A stretch of 64,000 bases of DNA from an uncultured virus (IMG/VR IMGVR_UViG_3300031087_000497). Taxonomy: Duplodnaviria > Heunggongvirae > Uroviricota > Caudoviricetes. Both the position numbers and the translations under genes were made by a program. Where the stretch lies: IMG/VR virus record IMGVR_UViG_3300031087_000497, one strand, 5' to 3'. This document shows positions 9,335-18,974 of this stretch, one piece after another. The notes beneath the pieces were generated by a model. That model was not told where the DNA came from and did not search any database. It saw only the letters and a list, made by a program, of their open reading frames with translations. Position 1 is the first letter of the stretch. Every line of letters begins with the position of its first letter.

Positions 9335-9529
9335 ATGTTGATTTTAACTCGCCGAGTGGGTGAAACCATCTGCATTGGAAACGACATCACAGTCACTGTA
9401 TTGGGCGTTCAAGGCTTGCAAGTGCGCTTGGGTGTTAACGCTCCCAAAACGGTGGCCGTGGACAGGGAGGAAATTGCTAAGCGTAAAGCTGATGGAGCGC
9501 CTAGCGCAGAGCCGGGGGGGCGCCAATGA
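9335..9529 (+). CDS. csrA: Carbon storage regulator CsrA/RsmA homologue
   Basis: [47 protein letters not shown]. Confidence 0.93.
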   Translation: MLILTRRVGETICIGNDITVTVLGVQGLQVRLGVNAPKTVAVDREEIAKRKADGAPSAEPGGRQ

Positions 9530-10023
9530 GCGAAGTGACGCGATATGCCGTAGAGCGGCCTCAGATGTATTTGCACATTGAAGGCCGAACGCTTGGCACT
9601 GAAGAGCGTGTGGTAGTGCTCGCAGCGGACTTTGACACGACAAAGGAAGAACTGACCAAGGTGAAGGCTGGTTACAAGTGGGAAAGCGAACGTGCGGCGC
9701 GTCTGCTCGAAACATTGAACGACAGTGAGCAAAGCCTTACCGCAGCCAATGAGCGGGTGGCGGTGCTGGTCACCGCTCTGTCGAGGATTAAGTTTCGCTT
9801 GGATGCATTCGTTGAGGCTGATCGCGATATGCCGTCGCCGTCGGTGGAGGTCTGCCAGTCGATTGCGGACGCCGCACTCAAGCCAGCAGAGCGCACCAAC
9901 ACCAGCGGCAAGGCCCATTGCCCGCATGACGGCATATGCCACACCAGTGATGAGACGTGTGCAGAGGCGCATGAGCGTATTGATTCGCTCAGGACGGTAG
10001 GGGGTGGTGGCGATGAGCAATAA
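9526..10023 (+). CDS. Hypothetical coiled-coil phage protein
   Basis: ATGA-coupled ORF. Confidence 0.6.
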   Translation: MSEVTRYAVERPQMYLHIEGRTLGTEERVVVLAADFDTTKEELTKVKAGYKWESERAARLLETLNDSEQSLTAANERVAVLVTALSRIKFRLDAFVEADRDMPSPSVEVCQSIADAALKPAERTNTSGKAHCPHDGICHTSDETCAEAHERIDSLRTVGGGGDEQ

Positions 10024-10162
10024 AGCATTCGGCACCTGCCCTCGCTGCAAGGAATGGGGGCAGCTTTGGAAGGTCACCAAGATGGCTAGGCGTTTCTGGC
10101 TGTTTGGCCCGCTCGTTTCACATTCGGAGTGGCGCTGTGATGAATGCGAGTCGAAACCCTAA
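10013..10162 (+). CDS. 49-aa zinc-ribbon protein
   Basis: [15 protein letters not shown]...WRCDECESKP; too short for the ORF track. Confidence 0.5.
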   Translation: MSNKAFGTCPRCKEWGQLWKVTKMARRFWLFGPLVSHSEWRCDECESKP

Positions 10163-10223
10163 CCCAACTCCCCACCTACTGCTGGTGCCTGCTGGCACTG
10201 GCACAACTGATTTGAGGTGATTT

Positions 10224-10463
10224 ATGAGTGTTGAACGAGTTATTGCAGTGCCGGTGACAATCACTGCACAGCAAGAGCGCGACATTCTGCGCTTTCGTGA
10301 TACGTGCGAAGACGACCAGGGTTACGACGTGCCGAAAGATCGCATGAAGTCACTGGCGCGCCTGGGCCTGATCCGCCCGACAGGCTTTTCCCGCTACGAG
10401 ATTACCGATGTGGGTGACGCCGTAATTGAGGTTTTGCTGGCTGCGCTGAGGACCAAGCCATGA
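10224..10463 (+). CDS. Hypothetical winged-helix-like protein
   Basis: GAGGTG RBS; LARLGLIR..YEITDVG. Confidence 0.6.
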   Translation: MSVERVIAVPVTITAQQERDILRFRDTCEDDQGYDVPKDRMKSLARLGLIRPTGFSRYEITDVGDAVIEVLLAALRTKP

Positions 10464-11317
10464 CCAACCAAACGATTGACGGCGTGCCGCGTGATCCATG
10501 CCAGTGGACCGACCTGCAAATCCTGGACTTCCTGGGCGTAGCCCTACGCAACGTTGACCTAGTCGGCACAGTGAAACTGAGCGAAATTCGGCAGGGTTTC
10601 GAGTACATGCGCAACAAGCAGCAGGCCGCCCAGCCCCAGGGCGACACTGTGCCCGTATCGGCGCACTGGTCTGACTGGTCCATGGTCACGCTCGAAATTG
10701 ACGGAAGGCACAGGACTTACGTTGAGTGCGGGAAGCCAGAACGAACCCAGAACGAACCGGAGACGCCTGCGTGCAAAACCCCAGGCGGGCTGGAGTGCCC
10801 TGGTGACGGCGTAGGCCAGTGCAAGAAGTGCCCAGCCGCCCGGCCCCAGGGTGAGCCGCTTATTCACATCACGCCCGAAGTTCTCGCCCAGTTGCGCGGC
10901 GAGCGGAAAATGCAGCCAGGCGGGCTTACCTTCAGCGAATCAAAGCCGCTTGGGAACTGGACTGTGCCGCTCTATACCGAACAACCCGCGTCGGTAGCAG
11001 GACTAGAAAAACGGTATGAACGACTGAAAGAGCGTGCCTGGGCCGTTATGCAAGAGGCCATGGAAGGTGCCCACGTGCATCCCTGCGATGAACACAGTGA
11101 GGACGCAAAGGTACGCACGCTAGCCCCAATGCACCAAGCGCTGTACGCCTCATTGAAAGCCACTGGTGAGCAGTTTGCGCCGGTAGCAGCAGAAATAATC
11201 CCCGCGCCACGGGCACTACTGGAGAGGATCGAGACCCGGATTCCCGAGCACTGCCAGGATTTGACTGATCTGCAAACCCTGCTCAATGCACCATCTGATA
11301 ACCAGGTGTCCCTATGA
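10460..11317 (+). CDS. Mosaic hypothetical phage protein
   Basis: Coupled ORF with repeated A[Q/R]PQG linkers. Confidence 0.6.
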   Translation: MTNQTIDGVPRDPCQWTDLQILDFLGVALRNVDLVGTVKLSEIRQGFEYMRNKQQAAQPQGDTVPVSAHWSDWSMVTLEIDGRHRTYVECGKPERTQNEPETPACKTPGGLECPGDGVGQCKKCPAARPQGEPLIHITPEVLAQLRGERKMQPGGLTFSESKPLGNWTVPLYTEQPASVAGLEKRYERLKERAWAVMQEAMEGAHVHPCDEHSEDAKVRTLAPMHQALYASLKATGEQFAPVAAEIIPAPRALLERIETRIPEHCQDLTDLQTLLNAPSDNQVSL

Positions 11318-11640
11318 CCGTCTACGTCGACAACATGAACGCCAATTGTGGGCGCATGAAGATGTGCCACATGCTGGCAGACACCGAGGAAGAGCTGCTG
11401 GCGATGGCTGACAAAATCGGCGTCCAACGCCGCTGGCACCAGTACCCCGGCACCATCAAGAGCCACTTCGACATCTGCACCAGCAAACGTGAGAAGGCTG
11501 TTGACCTCGGCGCGGTCGAGATTGACTACCCGTCGGGCGTTGCAAAAATCCTGTCTGCCAGGCGGATAAGCCAAGCCACCACACCACCATGCTCCCGATC
11601 TGTCGCACAAAGCGGCAAGGAGACCACATGCAGTCAGTAA
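11314..11640 (+). CDS. DUF4031-family protein
   Basis: MTVYVD..MCHMLADTEEELLAMADKIGVQRRWHQ..HFDI. Confidence 0.85.
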   Translation: MTVYVDNMNANCGRMKMCHMLADTEEELLAMADKIGVQRRWHQYPGTIKSHFDICTSKREKAVDLGAVEIDYPSGVAKILSARRISQATTPPCSRSVAQSGKETTCSQ

Positions 11641-12404
11641 AGTTATTCCTGATCCTTTTGTGCCTGAGCGCCTATTTGATCGCCACGGCTGTATGGTTTT
11701 CCTGGGGGCTGGGGGAAATGCTGGACTCCTATCACATCGTGGGGCCCCTGGTCAGTGCTCTGGCAATCAGCGTTTTTTGGCTGGCTTTCACCGGCTGCGC
11801 AATTGCTTACCTGGTCAAGTGGTATGCAGGCGCTGCGAGCAAAAAAGCCGGTTTAGCTCATGTAGGTCCGGTAGGTTTTCTGCATCGACACTTCCGTGAC
11901 GCCTTGGGTATCCACCTAGGAGCGATCGCATGGAATCAAGATAGCTTGTTCTCGATCCCTGTGTACCTGGATCCACCAGCGGAACCACCTGCTGGTAATT
12001 GGTATGCAGCTGAAGACATTGACCGCCACGTTCGCGCCCTAGATGTGCTGATCAACGGTGAAGAGGGTGCATCCCCGCAGGCGAAGCTGTGCGACCTGGT
12101 GGCCCAGCTACAGGCCAAACCAGTATTCGGCCTCGATCCAGCAAAAGGCTATGCGCTCGTGCCTACCAAGCCGTCACCAGGGGTTTTGATGAGCATGGCC
12201 ATACGTTCTGATCACGGGCTTGGTGTGCCTGGCTATTACGACACGGGCCTGATGCTCAAGGAGGGCTTCGGTGTCACCCATGCCCAACGCTTGGAATGCA
12301 CCCTGTCCGAAATGTGCAAGCTCTATGAAGAGGTTGTAGGCACTGGGTTTTATTCGGTAGAAAAAGAATCTGACTACGTGGCGAAAAGCATGGAGGTGCG
12401 CTGA
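11628..12404 (+). CDS. Hypothetical membrane protein
   Basis: AAGGAG RBS; two N-terminal hydrophobic segments. Confidence 0.6.
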   Translation: MQSVKLFLILLCLSAYLIATAVWFSWGLGEMLDSYHIVGPLVSALAISVFWLAFTGCAIAYLVKWYAGAASKKAGLAHVGPVGFLHRHFRDALGIHLGAIAWNQDSLFSIPVYLDPPAEPPAGNWYAAEDIDRHVRALDVLINGEEGASPQAKLCDLVAQLQAKPVFGLDPAKGYALVPTKPSPGVLMSMAIRSDHGLGVPGYYDTGLMLKEGFGVTHAQRLECTLSEMCKLYEEVVGTGFYSVEKESDYVAKSMEVR

Positions 12405-12652
12405 TGAACGAGAATATTGAGCTTGGACAGCAGATGTGGAAGGGGTTGCTACTGCCTTTTCAGCAGATGGCTGTGGATCATGGTATTGCCACCACGGCAG
12501 AAAAAGCCCAGTTGTGGGCGGGATTCTTGGCCGGGGCCTCTGGTGCAATGTGTGCGGATATAGGGCCCGACAACACCCAGGCGGTGCTAGACCAGATCAA
12601 GAAGTCATGCGCCGAGGTGATGCGTAACGAGCTGCGCGTTGTGAAGCCATGA
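12404..12652 (+). CDS. Hypothetical protein
   Basis: GGAGG RBS, coupled ORF. Confidence 0.65.
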   Translation: MNENIELGQQMWKGLLLPFQQMAVDHGIATTAEKAQLWAGFLAGASGAMCADIGPDNTQAVLDQIKKSCAEVMRNELRVVKP

Positions 12653-13145
12653 CCAGGCGCGTATATCTCGCAGGCTTCGACGTCTTTCGCAGCGATGCTA
12701 TTAACGGGGCGATTACCTGAAGAGCCTTTGTGCGGCCCAGGGCTTACAGGGGATGTATCCGTTCGACAACCAAGCGCCTGATCACCTCGGGCCAGAAGCA
12801 ACCGCGCGGATCATTTGCCAGCAGAACCTGCAAATGGTTCGCAGCTGTGACGCGGTACTGGCAAACCTCAACAGCTTTCGGGGGCTGGAGCCGGATTCGG
12901 GTACTGCTTTTGAGGTTGGTTTTGCGATCGCCCTGGGCAAACCGGTTTGGGCCTACCTGGATGATGTATCGACGCTGCGCGGCCAGGTTCCCCATGACGA
13001 TGAGGGGCGGGATATCGGCGGTTATTTCGTTGAAGACTTTGACCTGCCACGTAACTTGATGCTGGCCTGTACCTGGGCAGGGTATAGCCGCACTGCGGAG
13101 GAAGCTGCGCCGGCCCTTAAGGCTTACCTGCGGGCTCTGGAGTGA
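12649..13145 (+). pseudogene. Nucleoside 2-deoxyribosyltransferase-family gene, frameshifted
   Basis: MTRRVYLAGFDVF in one frame stops at 12720; RGDYLKSLC..PDSGTAFEVGFAIALGKPV continues in another frame; about 1 nt missing near 12703. Confidence 0.8.
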
Positions 13146-13211
13146 GTAGGGGGCCTATAGTATGGTTGGGTGAATGGATTCACTTGCCCCCACTTCAAAA
13201 GGACGGCCCAT

Positions 13212-13859
13212 ATGTCAAAAAAGGTATTTGCTGTAGCCATCACCTCTATCTTGGGCCTGTGCGCAGGTATCCAAAGCGCTTCAGCCGGTGTCGGTCTCTT
13301 CAAGGATTACACCTTCAACACCCCCATCGACAAGTACACGCGCTCGGCAGGCTATTACGACTGCTCCAACAGTGAGCATACGGGCCGTTGCACGGACAAC
13401 TTTGAATTCCTGGGTCAGAAATTCACCGTGGCGCTGTTCTTTTTCGATAACCGGCTGGATAGCGTTGCGTTGCTCGCGCCATACAGCCAAGGGCTGTACC
13501 AGAAGGTAACCAACACGCTGTCCAAGTCTTTCAACATCATCTCATTGCAGAACGAGAAGTCATTTCTCGACATGGTGACGCTGCGCAATACCGCGACCCA
13601 GGATGAGTACGTGAAGAAGTTCATGGCCTTTGAGACCGCAGCGCTTGCCGCTGGTGACTTGACCTATATGTATCTTGAGACCCCGGAAACAGTGGGTTAC
13701 AAGGATGTAGACGCAATTTTGCAGGCATCGCCGGAAGACGTCAGAACTGCGGCTATCAGGCTGCTAAAGGACGAGACGTCCACCAGCCTGGTGCTGAGAT
13801 TTGAAGTTCCAAATGTGAACCGCCAGCTTGCAGCACAGCAAGCTGAAGAGACTTTCTGA
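13212..13859 (+). CDS. Exported hypothetical protein
   Basis: Signal peptide MSKKVFAVAITSILGLCAGIQSASA. Confidence 0.7.
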   Translation: MSKKVFAVAITSILGLCAGIQSASAGVGLFKDYTFNTPIDKYTRSAGYYDCSNSEHTGRCTDNFEFLGQKFTVALFFFDNRLDSVALLAPYSQGLYQKVTNTLSKSFNIISLQNEKSFLDMVTLRNTATQDEYVKKFMAFETAALAAGDLTYMYLETPETVGYKDVDAILQASPEDVRTAAIRLLKDETSTSLVLRFEVPNVNRQLAAQQAEETF

Positions 13860-13866
13860 CTATCGC

Positions 13867-13920
13867 CATAAAAACATAGAATCGCTATTGTTATTTTATG
13901 TTGTTATGCCATTATGTCGT
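13867..13920 (+). promoter_or_regulatory. Early promoter/operator, copy 2
   Basis: Near-duplicate of 3653-3706. Confidence 0.75.
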
Positions 13921-13980
13921 CACGAGTGGGCTACATCGGCAGAGCATCAGCTTTGCGCCCACTCAATGAGGGCGTAGAAA

Positions 13981-14190
13981 ATGGGCATTTCGCTGGAAGT
14001 AGGCCGGGCATACAAAACTCGCAACGGCGGTACCGTCATCATTGAGCATGAAGACGGTGACGACAGGTATCCGTTCTTTGGGAAAATCGTGAATATGGAC
14101 GGCTTGAGTGACCGGATCGCCTACTTCACTGCTGCTGGCCGCTACAATTTGTCGGGTGTCAGCGTGTTTGACATTCAAGCAACAGGTTGA
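13981..14190 (+). CDS. Hypothetical protein
   Basis: LEVGRAYKTRNG motif seen in small phage proteins. Confidence 0.6.
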   Translation: MGISLEVGRAYKTRNGGTVIIEHEDGDDRYPFFGKIVNMDGLSDRIAYFTAAGRYNLSGVSVFDIQATG

Positions 14191-14343
14191 GTCTTCGCCA
14201 CGGAGAACCGTGCAGCTCGCATCGTCGAACTGAAGCGCAACTACGGACTCAATCCCGCACCGCACCCCAAGCCCAGCCCCCGCGCTGGGCCGAGGCCGTA
14301 GAGGACTCCGTATCGGCGTCCACCCATCGAAGGATTCGACGAT

Positions 14344-14637
14344 ATGGCTGCATCGAGCAAGGCACAACGGTTTCAAGAGGACATGATCCGCTGCCGTGGG
14401 ATCGAGTTCGCTCGCTTGGGCATGATGGTTGAGGTGGATGGTGATATGGGTACCATCCAGGGCATGAACAGCAGCGCGAATCTGGACGTACTGTTCACCA
14501 ACCAGCTTAAGCACGGCAAGCACTGCCACAACTGCCACCCGACCTGGAACGTGAAGTACTTCGATGAGAATGGCACCCTCATTGCTCACTTCTCTGAGAA
14601 CGAATGTGTGCTCCGACCAGAACGGACAGCGGCCTAG
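14344..14637 (+). CDS. Hypothetical protein
   Basis: ORF with NCHPTW motif. Confidence 0.65.
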   Translation: MAASSKAQRFQEDMIRCRGIEFARLGMMVEVDGDMGTIQGMNSSANLDVLFTNQLKHGKHCHNCHPTWNVKYFDENGTLIAHFSENECVLRPERTAA

Positions 14638-14736
14638 GAGAATCGCAACAGGTGCACCAGAGCCCCGCCGTCAACGTGGGGCCAAGTGGCTCGCTCGTGC
14701 TGATGCTGCTCGTGAATCAAATTGAAAGGAGGTTTT

Positions 14737-14973
14737 ATGTCAGACAGTCCCATAGAAACGACCCTCGACCGTATCACTACAGCCCTCGGGCTTATCGAGG
14801 AAGCGCCCAGTCTCCCTATGGCTGATATGGCTGCTGCGTATGCGAGGGGTTATGTTGATGGTCTGCATTTTGAAGGAACGATCAACGCCAAAGAGGCAGA
14901 AGGTCACTTGATTGATATTTCAACACGTCGCCGGAATCAACTGATTAAGCTTGGTGTAGAACTGACCGATTAA
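14737..14973 (+). CDS. Small helical hypothetical protein
   Basis: AAGGAGG RBS. Confidence 0.7.
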   Translation: MSDSPIETTLDRITTALGLIEEAPSLPMADMAAAYARGYVDGLHFEGTINAKEAEGHLIDISTRRRNQLIKLGVELTD

Positions 14974-14996
14974 GGACGTAAGTGGGGGGTGACGTT

Positions 14997-15239
14997 ATGC
15001 AAACGACTGATGAGCCCGAATCCCTGAAGGCCCAAAAGCTAACGGAGCTGCGTGCCGATCTGGCCCGCACCGTGGCTGAGAAGACGTCTGACCTACGCGT
15101 ATGGCGCCAAGGCCTCATTCATGGCCGGTTGCTGGAGCTTGAGTCGTTCGGGGTGCTGAACCGAAAGGAATGCGCCGCGTTCGCTAAGGAAGTGCAGCAG
15201 GCGGTGGATTCGACGTTACTACCATCGAATGACGATTGA
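14997..15239 (+). CDS. Small hypothetical protein
   Basis: ORF in early operon. Confidence 0.6.
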   Translation: MQTTDEPESLKAQKLTELRADLARTVAEKTSDLRVWRQGLIHGRLLELESFGVLNRKECAAFAKEVQQAVDSTLLPSNDD

Positions 15240-15268
15240 CCGCTCCACATCAGCAAGGAGTTTCACTG

Positions 15269-15547
15269 ATGCAACCCGAACTGAAAGCCTACCTGGTCGA
15301 CCTGACCAACGTTATTGCGCATTACAGCCCCGCCGAGGCGCTGGATTACTTCTGTGAGAGCTGCGGCTTCCCTCGGTCTGACTTTGTCCTTGATGACGTT
15401 GAGGACGCCACCGATGAACTACTGGATGAGCCAAAAGTGTATCCAGACGGTTCACCGGCAGGGACGCTGCGTGAGGTTCTGGAAGCCGCAACAGGGCCTG
15501 AGTACATGTACAAGGGCGGCAGTGACCGTTACGGGACGCTGTCTTGA
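15269..15547 (+). CDS. Small acidic hypothetical protein
   Basis: AAGGAG RBS. Confidence 0.65.
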   Translation: MQPELKAYLVDLTNVIAHYSPAEALDYFCESCGFPRSDFVLDDVEDATDELLDEPKVYPDGSPAGTLREVLEAATGPEYMYKGGSDRYGTLS

Positions 15548-15572
15548 CTGCCTGTAGCAAGGAGACCGCACT

Positions 15573-15818
15573 ATGACTCAGGCCCAACAAGCCCCGACGC
15601 TGGCGCAGTGGAAGGCGCTGTATGACGATCAGAGGGCGCTGATCAAGTCCCCTGAGGGCCATCAGTTCGTTCTGATTGAGCTGGCTGAGTCATTGCACGC
15701 CCAGGGTGTGATTGATGCTGGTGAGCTGTCTGAGATGCTTGAGAAGGCCGACGCGGCGTATCAGTGGGGTGTCGAGGCGCAGTTGAGCGCTGAGTTGAAC
15801 GGCCCGGTAGAGCATTGA
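15573..15818 (+). CDS. Small hypothetical protein
   Basis: AAGGAG RBS. Confidence 0.7.
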   Translation: MTQAQQAPTLAQWKALYDDQRALIKSPEGHQFVLIELAESLHAQGVIDAGELSEMLEKADAAYQWGVEAQLSAELNGPVEH

Positions 15819-15821
15819 TCC

Positions 15822-16067
15822 ATGACGACATTCACTGATGCCCCAGTAATGGCAGCACTACGCGATGCGTCCTGGCATTCTCGACCGGATACGCGAAGCC
15901 CGAAGCGGTACCACATCGTGGTGGATGGTAAGCCTGCGTGCGGTGCCCACATGTTCTTGTGTGAAGGCGAGCCAGCTGAACGAATCCCGGTAAACAGCCG
16001 TTGCCAGCGTCCAGGCTGTAAAGGACGGTGGCCAGCATTCATCGAACGCAAAAGGAGCCCGCTATGA
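15822..16067 (+). CDS. Small hypothetical protein
   Basis: ORF with His/Cys motifs. Confidence 0.55.
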   Translation: MTTFTDAPVMAALRDASWHSRPDTRSPKRYHIVVDGKPACGAHMFLCEGEPAERIPVNSRCQRPGCKGRWPAFIERKRSPL

Positions 16068-16396
16068 ACCAGGTGCTGTTTACCGCACAATTTGGTCTGG
16101 ACGAGCTGCGTATAGAAGTCGCCAATAAAGCTGACCTGGCGTTTACCCTGACGTGCAACACAAGGCACAACGGGAGTATGGCGTGACTGGAGTTGCCGCG
16201 GCGCTATCAGAGCGCCCGAGGTGCCAAGCTGGGCGCTGCCAGGATCATGGGAGAGCCGGTCCAGTGGAAAGCCACCGCGTATGAGTGACCTGTAGGAGTT
16301 CGAAAAGCGCCCCTTATTCCAAAATCTGGTGCACTAGAGCTTGATTGCACCTTCTGTTCCATTGCGCCACAAAACCTGTAAAGGACACGCCCCAAT

Positions 16397-16636
16397 ATGG
16401 CGAAGATTGACACTGTTGCGCTGCGGCTCTTCCTCGACCCAGTAAACGAAACTGCCGATGAACACAGAGAGGCTATCAAAGCCCTGGATGGCGTGATGGG
16501 GCTATCGGCCAGCCGTCGGGCCAAGGTGGTCAAGGCGTGTACCAAAACCAAGGACGCGCATGTGAACGCCGTGGGCGAGTTGATTGGGGGGTTGAATAAG
16601 CTTGTCCAGGACGCTGAAGCCGCCGAACCGGAATGA
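16397..16636 (+). CDS. Hypothetical protein
   Basis: AAGGA RBS; followed by terminator. Confidence 0.65.
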   Translation: MAKIDTVALRLFLDPVNETADEHREAIKALDGVMGLSASRRAKVVKACTKTKDAHVNAVGELIGGLNKLVQDAEAAEPE

Positions 16637-16654
16637 CCTGATCCTGTACTGAAG

Positions 16655-16677
16655 AGCCCGCCGCGTGCGGGCTTTTT
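16655..16677 (+). terminator. Intrinsic terminator
   Basis: AGCCCGC-cgcgt-GCGGGCT then T run. Confidence 0.7.
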
Positions 16678-16767
16678 CATGCCCGGAAGTCCCGCAAACA
16701 CCTGCATTTGAGCCCGCTCCTACGCGATTACATTGGCTGGCGTACCGGTTCGCCTGGAGGCTATGCA

Positions 16768-16983
16768 GTGAGCGTGTTTGAAGTGGCTGATGAGGCCCGC
16801 AGTGATTTTGAGTGTGACCATGAAGGCCCATTTGAGCGCAAGAAGGGCGCCATGGGGCGCGACCTGGACGAATACAAAGACCCGCAGGTACAGCGCGAGT
16901 ATCTGATATGGCTGCGCGCACGCGGGTCTGTTCGTTCCTGCCACTGCTGTGGCGGTGGTGTTGGCCAGCAGGTTGCGCAATGA
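16768..16983 (+). CDS. Hypothetical protein
   Basis: GGAGG RBS, GTG start. Confidence 0.55.
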   Translation: MSVFEVADEARSDFECDHEGPFERKKGAMGRDLDEYKDPQVQREYLIWLRARGSVRSCHCCGGGVGQQVAQ

Positions 16984-17489
16984 GTCGGCGCTGGCTCAGT
17001 GAGGCCGACCTGGCCAAGCTGCCCCACGAAATGACCGAGCGCGCCCTGGGCGGCAAACCAGCGAGAAAAAAGCCTATCCCTGAGCACCTACGCATGGAGG
17101 GTGTAACCCAGGACAAACCAACCGGTGGCCGCAATGGCATGAAAGCCATGCAGGCGCTGGGGCGTCTGAAAAAGGGTGAGTTGAACAAGACCGAAGAGGC
17201 GTATCAGGCACACCTGGAGCTGCGCCGGATGGCTGGTGAGGTGCTGTGGTACCACTTTGAACCGTTCCGGCTTGAGTTGGCACCCAAAACAACCTACAGC
17301 CCTGACTTCCTGGTGCAGCTGGCCAGCGGGCACCTGGAAGTGCACGAGGTGAAAGGCGTCTGGATGGATGATGCACGGGTAAAGATCAAGGTCGCGGCCA
17401 AAATGTTCCCGGTGTTCAAGTTCATCGCGGTGATGAAGAAGGATGAAGGGAAGGGCAAAGACCCGTCTTGGACCATGGAGGAATTCTGA
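16980..17489 (+). CDS. DUF1064-like PD-(D/E)XK endonuclease
   Basis: NKTEEAY, YSPDFLV, VHEVKG, DARVKIKVAA. Confidence 0.85.
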   Translation: MSRRWLSEADLAKLPHEMTERALGGKPARKKPIPEHLRMEGVTQDKPTGGRNGMKAMQALGRLKKGELNKTEEAYQAHLELRRMAGEVLWYHFEPFRLELAPKTTYSPDFLVQLASGHLEVHEVKGVWMDDARVKIKVAAKMFPVFKFIAVMKKDEGKGKDPSWTMEEF

Positions 17490-17491
17490 TA

Positions 17492-17758
17492 GTGCTCGAC
17501 GTGGCCACGTCCACCGCTCATGAGAGCTATATCAATCACGTGATGGTCTGCTGCCTTTGTCACGCACCTACAAAACGCTATTGTTGTGAAGGTTTTGAAC
17601 TGCATGACGAATATCTCGCGCAATATCTGATGAGCCAGGATCTTTACACCCGGCGCACGTTTCTGGCCGACCTCGAAACCACTGACCTTGCGCGATGCAC
17701 GGCATTAAAGGCGCGGATGCTGGTGATTTTTGAAGGTAAAACAGAGGTGGCCCCATAG
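17492..17758 (+). CDS. Hypothetical protein
   Basis: YINHVMVCCLC..RYC motif. Confidence 0.6.
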   Translation: MLDVATSTAHESYINHVMVCCLCHAPTKRYCCEGFELHDEYLAQYLMSQDLYTRRTFLADLETTDLARCTALKARMLVIFEGKTEVAP

Positions 17759-17874
17759 AAAGTTGGCAATCCGTCCATCGACGTGTGCAAACCTTTTGGG
17801 CATTCCGCGCTTGCAGTTGGTACGGGGATACAATTTAATGTCGCCACTGACATCGTGGTCAAAGGTGGCGTGCC

Positions 17875-18633
17875 GTGCTTGCAAACAGTGATACCCAAGA
17901 CATACCAGCGGAACAGGCAGGCGAAAGCGCATCCGTGGCCGAACAAACTCAATCTCTTTTTGACGCAGACGAGTGCGGGGAGGGCATGGCCCCCTCGTGC
18001 CGGGCGCGGGAAGAAGAGCAGGCACTGCGCGATATCGTCGCGAAACGACTCGTTAGAGCAAGGCGCGCCGCAGGGCTCAAGGATCTTGAGGTGGCTATTC
18101 GCCTCGGTCATTCAAACCTGACAATGATCAGCCTGTTTGAGAACGGGCACCGATCGCCAAGCCTCAAAAACCTGCAAATCTTGGCAGACCTCTACAGCGT
18201 TACCACCGACTACCTCCTTGGACGCACTGACAACTTGGGCCTGGCGCCCGAGGAAGGTAACCAGGCTCTTATCACGGGCGTGGTCACCGGCGTTTTGAAA
18301 GCCTACAACGAAAAATTCTTGAATGGTCTCGCCGCTGTGACCGCGATCGGCATTGAAGGCGCCAGCATGGACCGTGTGCTGCTCAACAAGGTGGCCGATA
18401 TCGCCAGCGAACTTGACGATTCGATGGGCGTCATCAGGAAGCACCACGGCAAGGCTTTCGAATCCATGCGCGGCGGAAGCAAGTTGCTGCGCCTTGTTTC
18501 GGAGCTTTCTGGTTCGGTGTCTTCCCGAATTACAAGCAAACAGCACGAAAAAGCCCTAATTGAATACGATCATCCTGTGTGCACGGTGCAGCAGGTTTCA
18601 GAGGCTGTTCAACAAGCGCTGTTTGTTGATTAA
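17875..18633 (+). CDS. XRE-family HTH transcriptional regulator
   Basis: RLVRARRAAGL..EVAIRLG..ISLFENGHRSPS..LADLYSVTTDYLLGR. Confidence 0.88.
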   Translation: MLANSDTQDIPAEQAGESASVAEQTQSLFDADECGEGMAPSCRAREEEQALRDIVAKRLVRARRAAGLKDLEVAIRLGHSNLTMISLFENGHRSPSLKNLQILADLYSVTTDYLLGRTDNLGLAPEEGNQALITGVVTGVLKAYNEKFLNGLAAVTAIGIEGASMDRVLLNKVADIASELDDSMGVIRKHHGKAFESMRGGSKLLRLVSELSGSVSSRITSKQHEKALIEYDHPVCTVQQVSEAVQQALFVD

Positions 18634-18886
18634 CACCGGCAGCAAGCCAGCTACCCGGCCTTAGGGTAGCCATGCCGGGCTGTCGTGCGCTAGGTACTGG
18701 GCAAGGGGTTGTTCACGCGGCTTCCGAGCTTATGGGGTCTCTCGACAGGGGGGCTTCATCAGGTATTCGACGTTGGATAACGGTCAAAACTGGGGAAGTG
18801 GTTTCGACGCCATTGCAGCGCTTGCCGTAGCGTCCCCTATACGGTCCAGGGAAGCCCGCTAACGCGGGCTGTTCCTTCAAGATTCC

Positions 18887-18910
18887 GGCCTGCGCAAGCG
18901 GGCTTTTTTT
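18887..18910 (+). terminator. Intrinsic terminator
   Basis: GGCCTGC-GCAA-GCGGGCT then T run. Confidence 0.7.
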
Positions 18911-18974
18911 GCGCCAGACGCGCAGAAAGTTGCGGTTTTAACGTGGCTGATAGCCAAGAAACTTTGCAATAAGG

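Noticed and set aside
18924..18963. Late-promoter motif before the small terminase (AGAAAGT..GAAACT)
   Set aside because: Poor match to the heptamer and spacing off by one
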